IMG/VR virus record: IMGVR_UViG_3300031519_000211
Coordinates: 1 to 24,487 of that record
Strand: one strand, 5' to 3'
DNA from: a virus
Lineage: Duplodnaviria > Caudoviricetes
DNA length: 24,487 nucleotides
In this document: one piece after another, positions 1 through 7,718 of the stretch
Layout: every line of letters begins with the position of its first letter
How positions within the stretch are numbered: position 1 is the stretch's first letter
Position numbers and translations under genes: made by a program
Notes under the pieces: generated by a model
The model's database searches: none
What the model saw: only the letters and a program-made list of their open reading frames with translations
Told to the model about the DNA's origin: nothing

Positions 1-2
1 AC

Positions 3-2381
3 CTTGGTGGTGGTTCAAACTTGTATGCCGATACATTCGTAACAGTACTGTCTGGTTCTGGTACTTCTCAGGTACATAAGGCAACGGTAGATGAGATTAT
101 TACAGGCAAATTAGATCTCGATTCTGGCACAGCAATCATTTCAGGGTCTGGAACGGCATCGATTCATAGTCTTGATGTTGATGAAGCGACCATCGACGGA
201 GTTGCAATGACAACAGTAAGAGATGCAGCAGCGTACTCGATATCAGGTTCAGGTACTGCATCGATTCACAAGTTGGATACAGATGAAGGTGATTTCAGAA
301 AACTAATCGCAACTGTTGTAACTGGTGCAACTGGACAGTTCCACAAGATTGATGGTGACGAAGGTGACTTTAGAAAACTAATCGCAACTGTGGTTACATC
401 CTCTGGCACTTCGCTCTTCCACAAGATTGATGGTGATGAGGGTGACTTCAGAAAGGTGGTTGCAACTAACATCACTTCATCTGGCACATCTAACCTTCAC
501 GTTGTGTCTGCTGACGAAGTATCAGGATCTTCTGGTAAGTTCCACAAGTTGGTTGTTGATGATCTTTCCGCTAGAAGGATTCAATCCACGATTACAACAA
601 CAGGTTATTTTGAAGTTCCTCAAAAGCAGTTTATCCCAGCGGTAAGTGCTTCTGCAGGTGCGAGTACCGAGGGTGCTGGTCTTCAGATTGGTGGTACAGC
701 AGGATCAGGATCTACTGGTGTTGCAAGCATCGTATTAGGTGATGCAGGATCTGGCATAGGTGCAGACTTATTGTTTAAGATTGGAGCAACACAAGGTGCT
801 TCCTTAAGTGGATCTGTCAGCGAAGGTGGACAGAGATTCGGTGTAACAGGGTCGATCTCGGGTTCAGTAGGTGTTTTCCATAATGTAACAATTGCCAAAT
901 CTATGGGTAACCAGGATGCAATCTTTAGCGGTTCTTCCTTCAGTGCTCAGACCTTGTCAGGTACTCTCGCTCAGATCTTCGATCTGGACGTGAATCGAGG
1001 GAACATCAATGATGTTGATGGCACTTCTGCAACGTTCACAACAGTGTCTGGTACTACCGTCAACGCGACAACCGTCAACGCAGATAAGATGACTGCGGGT
1101 GACGTAGATGGTACATCGATGACCTTCTCTGGAATTGTTTCGGGATCAACAGTTGATGCCCATACGATCGACGTTGACAAGTTGGAGGTTAGAGATCTTG
1201 ACTTCACTAGTCTGTCTGGATCAGCAACAGCTACGATTCATAAGGTCACGACTGACGTGTTATCTGGTTCTGCCGTTACACTTCACAATCTTGACACTGA
1301 CAAGTTGTCGATAAATGAGATTGTTACCGCTGACGTTGTGAAGAAAGCGAATCTTAACAAAGACATCGTAAGGAGCACTACTAATGCACACGGTGGTCTT
1401 GTGTTCGCCAACGGTCAAACAAGTGTAGGGTGGAAGAGAAGAATCTTCTCTAGATCTACCAAGGCGATCGTTAACAGAACTCAACCAACGCAAGGTTCTG
1501 GTTCACTTTACACCACTTGTTCACTACCAGAGATTCGAATGGTCTCAGGTTCTGAGTCAGTGTTCTTCAATGGACTGCTTCTTGCGAGAAGTAACGGTGT
1601 AGCAGGTAATCCAAAGGATGCGGACTATGCCATTGATTACACTCATGGTGGCGGATTACAGCCAGGTCAGTATAAATTTATGTTCACATCTGGATCGACA
1701 GGTAAAGATGGTGGAACTGATAAGGTATATGGACCAGGTGGATCAGGAGCAGCGCAGTTCCTTGAAGTCAAGAGTTCGGGTAGTGAAAACTATCTATTCT
1801 TCTTGTCCGATGGCGTAGGTACTACTGAACCGTTCGACAACGGTTTGAACATAGCGTATGGAGACTTCGGAACTGAAAGCGACCTCCGACAAGTGAGGGT
1901 AGAGTCAGTCTCTACAATTACTGACTGGAGAACAGTTGTGACGAACTTCTACAATGCCATGAATACGTCATTGCCTAGTGCACTAGCCACAGTCGCTGTT
2001 TCGGGAGCGGGTCAGATTAGTCACACTGCGAGTATTACGGTTACGTACGCTGCAACTGGTATCGAAGGCGGTGTTTCAGTTGGTAAGGGTACATACGAAA
2101 GTCTTGGTAGCGGCGTGGCAACACACCGTCTTGCTACGGCAGGTGCAAGTTTGGTAGCATCTCAGAATAGTACGCACGGAACAGCACTCGCAAACGAGCA
2201 GGGCAACGCTGACTCAACCAAGAGAGCAGGTGATGGTTCAAACTCAGGCGTCTTCGTCGAAACTGTAACTTCTGGTTCAACTTCTAAGGTTGGAACTGGG
2301 GTCTTCATACACGAGGGTCTAGCAATGGACTCTGACGACGTGCTGGTTGTACAATACTTGTCCGGTTCCTGGCAGTTCTAA
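3..2381 (+). CDS. Repeat-rich virion structural protein (tail fibre/appendage-like), 5'-truncated by the window edge
   Basis: The frame is open from position 3 (LGGGSNLY...), so the TTG at 21 is probably not the true start. The protein is G/S/T/V/D-rich with recurring SGS...(F/I)HK(I/L)DxD beta-type repeats. It lies directly upstream of the sheath gene and is followed by a terminator-like hairpin. Confidence 0.6.
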   Translation, partial: LGGGSNLYADTFVTVLSGSGTSQVHKATVDEIITGKLDLDSGTAIISGSGTASIHSLDVDEATIDGVAMTTVRDAAAYSISGSGTASIHKLDTDEGDFRKLIATVVTGATGQFHKIDGDEGDFRKLIATVVTSSGTSLFHKIDGDEGDFRKVVATNITSSGTSNLHVVSADEVSGSSGKFHKLVVDDLSARRIQSTITTTGYFEVPQKQFIPAVSASAGASTEGAGLQIGGTAGSGSTGVASIVLGDAGSGIGADLLFKIGATQGASLSGSVSEGGQRFGVTGSISGSVGVFHNVTIAKSMGNQDAIFSGSSFSAQTLSGTLAQIFDLDVNRGNINDVDGTSATFTTVSGTTVNATTVNADKMTAGDVDGTSMTFSGIVSGSTVDAHTIDVDKLEVRDLDFTSLSGSATATIHKVTTDVLSGSAVTLHNLDTDKLSINEIVTADVVKKANLNKDIVRSTTNAHGGLVFANGQTSVGWKRRIFSRSTKAIVNRTQPTQGSGSLYTTCSLPEIRMVSGSESVFFNGLLLARSNGVAGNPKDADYAIDYTHGGGLQPGQYKFMFTSGSTGKDGGTDKVYGPGGSGAAQFLEVKSSGSENYLFFLSDGVGTTEPFDNGLNIAYGDFGTESDLRQVRVESVSTITDWRTVVTNFYNAMNTSLPSALATVAVSGAGQISHTASITVTYAATGIEGGVSVGKGTYESLGSGVATHRLATAGASLVASQNSTHGTALANEQGNADSTKRAGDGSNSGVFVETVTSGSTSKVGTGVFIHEGLAMDSDDVLVVQYLSGSWQF
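267..497 (+). repeat. Three in-frame tandem repeats of 75-78 bp (HKxDxDEGDFRKLIATVVT...)
   Basis: Units start with CACAAG at 267, 342 and 420 and share GA(A/G)GGTGA(T/C)TT(C/T)AGAAA...GCAACT. Confidence 0.9.
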
Positions 2382-2395
2382 TAATCCTACCTAAA

Positions 2396-2425
2396 GGGGG
2401 GGCGTAGTCCCCCCATTCCTTTTCT
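2396..2425 (+). terminator. Probable intrinsic terminator
   Basis: GGGGGGG-CGTAGT-CCCCCC hairpin followed by pyrimidine/T-rich ATTCCTTTTCTT, about 15 nt after the ORF stop. Confidence 0.7.
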
Positions 2426-2458
2426 TGTCTCTTTTCTCAACTTTTGGAGATTGAAAAT

Positions 2459-2470
2459 ACTATTTAATAG
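2459..2470 (+). promoter_or_regulatory. Candidate phage late promoter motif ACTATTTAATAG
   Basis: Intergenic, upstream of the sheath gene; 11/12 identical to the motif at 5640-5651. Confidence 0.5.
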
Positions 2471-2521
2471 AGAGTAAAAATATATTATTTCTTAACTTTA
2501 GTTAATAAGGAGATTTCCAGT

Positions 2522-5500
2522 ATGTCTGTAAAAAAGTTTAAATTTGTATCACCCGGTGTATTTCTTAATGAGGTTGATAATTCTCAACTACCAAAAGCAC
2601 CAAACGCAGTAGGTCCAACGATCATAGGTCGTTTAGAGAAGGGACCTGGTATGATTCCATTGACCGTTGAGTCGATGGCACAATTCATCGAGGTTTTCGG
2701 TAACCCAATCCCAGGAGGACAGGGTGGAGACGTTTGGAGAGATGGTAATTATACCGCTCCAACCTATGCAGCATACGCAGCGCAAGCATTTCTAAGGAAT
2801 AGTGGACCAGTCAACGTTGTTCGACTTTTGGGTACACAAGACCCACAGGCGACTAGCGGCGGTGAAGCAGGATGGACTCTTGACGGCACCTCCAACGACG
2901 GCGCTAACCCTGAGACTTCTACCAAGTCTTCTGCTTATGGTTTATATCTATTCTCCACCGGTGGTGTTGATAGTAGATCTAGGTGGTCAGGCAACCCTGG
3001 ACCCGGAGCAAGAACAGAAACAAATATAACAGGCACTTTGGCAGCGGTTTGGTATTTTCAGCAAGGCGCGATAAACCTGTCAGGCGCTGTTGGGCATCTC
3101 GATTCGGCCGCCGACCGCGCAGCATCTTCTTCGGTAGACAACGGGGGTGGGATTAGTCTAGGTAACGTCACTGGTTCACACGTTATCATAAAGTCATCAG
3201 ATCCATCAAAAATGGAATTTATTGCACATCTTTACGATAAGGGCACAAACGACACTTTTAATAAAGTTACTTTCAACTTCGACAGGGACTCAGACAAGTA
3301 TATTAGAAAGGTGTTCAACACCAATCCAACACTTACTAACACCGAAATCACTCAAGACGCCGGACTGAAGAAGTACTGGTTGGGCGAAACTTACGACAGA
3401 TTTGTCAGAGACCATCACGGTCTTGCCACGGTTGATGCTGAAGCCGAAGGTCTTCATAGAGGCGCTTTATCTGGACACGCTTCCCTCTGTGCTGCCGTTG
3501 TTCCGCTTCTAAAGGAAGATGTACCATTCCATGACCACAGAGAACCATCGAGAGACTCTGTGACTGGTTGGATCTTCTCACAGGACACAAACACTGATCC
3601 TGGATCGTTCACTGTAGCAAATATGCAAAAATTGTTCAAGTTTATCGGCATCTCTGATGGTGGTTCGCACTCAAGAGACTTAAAAATATCCATCACTGAT
3701 TTGAAATCTGGAACAGATGTTAATCCATATGGTACGTTTACTGTTCTCGTCAGACAGGTCACGGACAACGACTCTAGACCAGTTGTTCTTGAAAGGTTCA
3801 CTGGGTGTAACCTTAATCCAAACGCAAAGAATTACATTGCCGCTAAGATCGGCGACCAGTATAGAGATTGGGACGATGCAGACTCGCGATACAGACTGTA
3901 CGGCAATCACCCCAATCAGTCTAAGTTTTTCAGAGTTAAGATGGATCAGGATGTCGACGCAGGATCAACAGATACGCAATTGTTGCCGTTCGGATTCGAA
4001 GGACCGATCAGGTACAAAACTGCAGCGGTCACCTTTGGTACCGCTGTCACAGAAAAGGGATATACATCACCAAAAATGCAGGACTCAGATAACGACGTTG
4101 TCGCAGATCTTGATTTGTCTACTAAGAGTTTCAAACCCTTTGGTGTAGCTACTTCAATCGCCAAGCACGGTTTGTTTGGGTTCCCAATAAACTCAACAGC
4201 ATCATTGGTTTATCCTACTTTGCCACTAAGACTTACCGCATCTGCGGAAGGGTTGTCCAATACTAAAGACTCCTTTTTTGGTGTTTCAACCTATAGGACA
4301 CCAACAGATACTAGGTTTGACCCATCATATATCGACGTTGTTCGTCGATTGGGCAACACTTACGTAGCAGACGCAGAATCAAACGCTGTTGCAGGTAAGT
4401 CGGAAGTTTCTTTCAGATTTACGCTTGATGACTTAATCATGGTACACAAGACTGGTTCAGTAAAGCGACACCTTGGACTTTCACAGGGTCACATCACATC
4501 AGGACTTGCCGGTACCGCAGTCTACGCTCCAGGCGCACGCCTCGCTGATAAGTCTTACACTGCAGGACACTCAGGCATCACAGAACTTGTGAAGTCTGGA
4601 TTCGGTAAATTCACAATCCCTGTTTTCGGTGGGTTTGATGGTCTTGACGTGACTGAGAAAGAGGCGTTCAGAAATACCAAGATGAGTGGAGATGAAACGA
4701 CTTCATATGAAATCGCATCCCTCAAGAGAGCAATCGACGCAGTATCTGATCCAGAAGAGATTGAGATGAACGTTCTGACATTGCCTGGTATTACCAACAC
4801 TAGGGTAACAAATCAAGCAATCAGAGTTTGCGAACAGAGAGCAGATGCTCTCGCAATTATCGATATTGAAAATGGTGGATATGTCCCTAGCACGGAAAAT
4901 AAACTTGATTTCAAAACAAATGTCCAGAACTCCAAGGTGACAACCGCTGTTACTAGTTTGGAAAGTAGAGGACTTAACACAAGTTATGCTTGTGCTTTCT
5001 ATCCTTGGGTAAAGATCATAGACCAGATCAGCGATTCTCAACTTTGGGCACCGCCTTCGGTTGCAGCACTTGGTACATTTGGCAGCACTGAAAGGGAATC
5101 TGAACTTTGGTTCGCACCTGCAGGATTTACTAGAGGTGGATTATCAGACGGAGCAGCAGGGATTCCAGTTGTCGCTGTTTCACAGAGAGTCTCTTCTAAG
5201 GAGAGAGATACACTCTACGAGGCAAATATCAACCCAATCGCTCAGTTCCCAGCAGAGGGTATTGTAGTGTTTGGACAGAAGACTCTTCAGATCACACCAT
5301 CGGCGCTTGATAGGATCAATGTTCGTCGATTGATGATTCACGTGAAGAAAGAGATTTCTAGAATTGCTGCTAGACTTCTTTTCGATCAGAACGTTCAGGC
5401 AACATGGGATAGGTTCCGTGGTCAGGTTGAACCATTCTTGGACAGCGTTAAATCTAGATTTGGATTGTCAGATTTCAGGGTTATCTTGGACGAGACAACA

Positions 5501-5626
5501 ACGACACCAGATTTGGTTGACAGAAACATTATGTATGCTAAGATCTTCTTGAAACCAGCAAGAGCAATCGAGTTTATTGCTATTGATTTTGTAATCACAA
5601 ATACTGGCGCATCATTCGAAGATTAA
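2522..5626 (+). CDS. Contractile tail sheath protein (T4 gp18-like), large form
   Basis: N-terminal FVSPGVFLNEVD. C-terminal YPWV, WFAPAGFTRG, INPIAQFP, GQKTLQ..SALDRINVRRL and KPARAIEFIAIDF sheath motifs. SD TAAGGAG upstream. Confidence 0.95.
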   Translation: MSVKKFKFVSPGVFLNEVDNSQLPKAPNAVGPTIIGRLEKGPGMIPLTVESMAQFIEVFGNPIPGGQGGDVWRDGNYTAPTYAAYAAQAFLRNSGPVNVVRLLGTQDPQATSGGEAGWTLDGTSNDGANPETSTKSSAYGLYLFSTGGVDSRSRWSGNPGPGARTETNITGTLAAVWYFQQGAINLSGAVGHLDSAADRAASSSVDNGGGISLGNVTGSHVIIKSSDPSKMEFIAHLYDKGTNDTFNKVTFNFDRDSDKYIRKVFNTNPTLTNTEITQDAGLKKYWLGETYDRFVRDHHGLATVDAEAEGLHRGALSGHASLCAAVVPLLKEDVPFHDHREPSRDSVTGWIFSQDTNTDPGSFTVANMQKLFKFIGISDGGSHSRDLKISITDLKSGTDVNPYGTFTVLVRQVTDNDSRPVVLERFTGCNLNPNAKNYIAAKIGDQYRDWDDADSRYRLYGNHPNQSKFFRVKMDQDVDAGSTDTQLLPFGFEGPIRYKTAAVTFGTAVTEKGYTSPKMQDSDNDVVADLDLSTKSFKPFGVATSIAKHGLFGFPINSTASLVYPTLPLRLTASAEGLSNTKDSFFGVSTYRTPTDTRFDPSYIDVVRRLGNTYVADAESNAVAGKSEVSFRFTLDDLIMVHKTGSVKRHLGLSQGHITSGLAGTAVYAPGARLADKSYTAGHSGITELVKSGFGKFTIPVFGGFDGLDVTEKEAFRNTKMSGDETTSYEIASLKRAIDAVSDPEEIEMNVLTLPGITNTRVTNQAIRVCEQRADALAIIDIENGGYVPSTENKLDFKTNVQNSKVTTAVTSLESRGLNTSYACAFYPWVKIIDQISDSQLWAPPSVAALGTFGSTERESELWFAPAGFTRGGLSDGAAGIPVVAVSQRVSSKERDTLYEANINPIAQFPAEGIVVFGQKTLQITPSALDRINVRRLMIHVKKEISRIAARLLFDQNVQATWDRFRGQVEPFLDSVKSRFGLSDFRVILDETTTTPDLVDRNIMYAKIFLKPARAIEFIAIDFVITNTGASFED

Positions 5627-5639
5627 AAAAAAACTAGAC

Positions 5640-5651
5640 ACTACTTAATAG
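5640..5651 (+). promoter_or_regulatory. Candidate phage late promoter motif ACTACTTAATAG
   Basis: Lies in the 44-bp gap between sheath and tube genes, just before SD AGGAGG. Confidence 0.5.
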
Positions 5652-5670
5652 TGTTAGGAGGATTTATTAT

Positions 5671-6294
5671 ATGACAACTCAGAAATTTTGGTCAGATGCA
5701 GCAATCGAACCAAAAAGAAAATATAGATTTTTGTTATCGTTCAACGGCATCCCGCAGTGGATTGTGAAGACAACTGGGAAACCAAACTTTACGATATCTG
5801 AATCAGAACATAGTTTCATTAACTACAAGTTTTACTACCCAGGAAGACTGGAGTGGGATGAGGTTAGTATCACGCTGGTCGACCCTGTCGATCCAGATGC
5901 TTCACACACAATGCTTCAATTGATTGAGAACTCAGGTTACGTTGCACCGCACAACTTTTTGAATGACCCACAAGGTCGCGGAAAGGCAAGCAACGTAGTT
6001 ACTTTCTCAAAGAAGAGAGCAGTTGACGCTGTCGGTGGTCGCATGTTCATCCACATGATTGATGAAGATGGTGCTCCGATTGAGACTTGGTCTCTGTACA
6101 ATCCTTGGATTAAGTCTGTTAACTTTGGTGACTTGGATTACGAGTCAGACGAGTTAGTCAACGTTGAACTTTCTGTTAGATATGACTGGGCAGACCTTGA
6201 AACTAAGGTTGCGCCAAGTAGAGATCTACAGAGAGCAAGTGGTTTTGCAAATACCCAGGTGACAAACGGAAGTAACCGAGCACCGGGCGTTTAA
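5671..6294 (+). CDS. Tail tube protein (T4 gp19-like)
   Basis: Follows the sheath. Motifs EPKRKYRF, WDEVSITLVDP and ETWSL.NPWIKSVNFGDLDY....VELSVRYDWA are typical of gp19-like tubes. Strong SD AGGAGG. Confidence 0.9.
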   Translation: MTTQKFWSDAAIEPKRKYRFLLSFNGIPQWIVKTTGKPNFTISESEHSFINYKFYYPGRLEWDEVSITLVDPVDPDASHTMLQLIENSGYVAPHNFLNDPQGRGKASNVVTFSKKRAVDAVGGRMFIHMIDEDGAPIETWSLYNPWIKSVNFGDLDYESDELVNVELSVRYDWADLETKVAPSRDLQRASGFANTQVTNGSNRAPGV

Positions 6295-6344
6295 TGAAAA
6301 AAACATTTATTTTTAGTTTATAATTTAGTTAAAAGAGAGGTTAT

Positions 6345-7187
6345 ATGAGCAGAAATTCTTCAAGGGTTCAGTCGGTAGACGAACCCCAGGCGCAAGCAGC
6401 GCCTCAACCGCAGGAAACAGTCCGCCGCACAGCAAATACAGAATTTGTTGATCTACCGTCAGGCGGACGTTTTTATCCCGAAGGGCATCCATTACACGAC
6501 CAGCAGATAGTAGAGATTCGTTTCATGACTGCTAGAGATGAGGACGTTCTTACTTCCCAGACACTTTTAAACAAGGGTATGGCATTAGACAAGTTCATTC
6601 AAGGTATTTTGGTCAATCAAAACATCAATGTTGACGATCTTTTGATTGGTGATAAGTCAGCGATTATGATTGCTGCCAGAATCACAGGATATGGACCAGA
6701 ATACGAGGTCAAGATTAACTGCAAGTCTTGTGGTACTGAAGTCGACCATGAGTTTGATCTTTCAGATTACAGCAAGTACTTCATAGCAGACGAATCAGAG
6801 AGCACCCCTTTCGAGTTGAATCAAAATGGTCAGTTTGCAGCACAATTGCCTGCATCTGGACAGGAAGTTACTGTTAGACTTCTGACAGCACGTGACGAAA
6901 AGCGAATTCAGAAGATGGCAGAGTCGAGAGCAAAGAACAAGTTAGCAGAATCTGCGACGACTGATTTGCTTAAATCCATCATTACATCTATTGGTGGTGT
7001 AACACAACCAGACGAAGTTGGTGCAATGGTCCTGGACCTCCCAGCAAGAGATTCATTGTTTATTAGAAAGAACTACGCGAAACTGGTCCCCAAGGTAGAA
7101 ATGAAGGAGAACTTCGAGTGCATGTATTGCGGCGAAGCATCCGATATGGAGGTCCCTCTGGGTGCCGGGTTTTTTTGGCCTGGGTGA
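6345..7187 (+). CDS. Tail assembly chaperone / baseplate hub assembly protein (T4 gp26-like)
   Basis: VDLPSGGRFYP, MTARDEDVL, two CxxC motifs (CKSC, CMYC), internal duplication (MTARDE/LTARDE) and terminal FFWP. Lies between tube and tape measure. Confidence 0.75.
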   Translation: MSRNSSRVQSVDEPQAQAAPQPQETVRRTANTEFVDLPSGGRFYPEGHPLHDQQIVEIRFMTARDEDVLTSQTLLNKGMALDKFIQGILVNQNINVDDLLIGDKSAIMIAARITGYGPEYEVKINCKSCGTEVDHEFDLSDYSKYFIADESESTPFELNQNGQFAAQLPASGQEVTVRLLTARDEKRIQKMAESRAKNKLAESATTDLLKSIITSIGGVTQPDEVGAMVLDLPARDSLFIRKNYAKLVPKVEMKENFECMYCGEASDMEVPLGAGFFWPG

Positions 7188-7371
7188 CACCCATATGATG
7201 CACGTGCATGAACAGATGTTCTATCTGATCCATCACGGAAACTGGAACTATTACGATGTGTATGATCTTCCAGTTAGAATTAGATCTTGGTTCGTTCACA
7301 GATTGAGTAATCACTTCGAAGACAAAAACGAAGAAATGAAAAAGATGAATGCTAAGAATAAGAAAAGATAA
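7162..7371 (+). CDS. Small chaperone partner ORF (possible frameshift extension of the upstream gene; alternative start ATG 7195)
   Basis: HEQMFYLIHHGNW....YDLPVRIRSWF resembles the short ORFs that follow tail chaperones. It overlaps the upstream gene in the +1 frame across a T7 run. Confidence 0.65.
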   Translation: MPGFFGLGDTHMMHVHEQMFYLIHHGNWNYYDVYDLPVRIRSWFVHRLSNHFEDKNEEMKKMNAKNKKR

Positions 7372-7382
7372 CTACTTATTAC
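7371..7382 (+). promoter_or_regulatory. Candidate phage late promoter motif ACTACTTATTAC
   Basis: Third copy of ACTAYTTAWTA, in a short intergenic gap before SD GGAG. Confidence 0.4.
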
Positions 7383-7395
7383 TGGAGTATATCAG

Positions 7396-7704
7396 ATGAA
7401 AGAACAAGAACCAATTATAATCGATTTTACACGAGTGGACGAAAGTTTCCTTATTGCAATGGGCGCAAGACTTCGTCTCGTTCTGAATGCGCTTTTTACT
7501 GGGGAGTTTTTCCCTGTTAAGGTACGAGGGTCGAAGGCACAGGTGGACTCGTTTGTCAATACTTTGGCAGGCGAAAAGAGATATATCTCCTCTCTGTCAC
7601 AATACGGTTTGAACAATCCGAAAACTCTAAGAGACAAGTACAAGCTAGGCAGATCTGTTAAATCTTTCGAGAGGGACACTGGGTTGATCTGGCCTTTCAA
7701 ATAG
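7396..7704 (+). CDS. Hypothetical protein in the tail module
   Basis: 102-aa ORF with SD GGAG. It is co-oriented and fills the gap before the tape-measure genes. Confidence 0.75.
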   Translation: MKEQEPIIIDFTRVDESFLIAMGARLRLVLNALFTGEFFPVKVRGSKAQVDSFVNTLAGEKRYISSLSQYGLNNPKTLRDKYKLGRSVKSFERDTGLIWPFK

Positions 7705-7718
7705 GGAGGTCTTTCTAG

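Noticed and set aside
267-497. Possible CRISPR-like or DGR-type repeat array
   Set aside because: The units are in-frame coding repeats without unique spacers. There is no adenine-specific variation pattern and no reverse transcriptase or cas gene in the window.
7392-7700. Minus-strand 102-aa ORF mirroring the + strand 102-aa gene
   Set aside because: It is an antisense shadow. The + strand ORF has an SD and matches the orientation of the whole operon.
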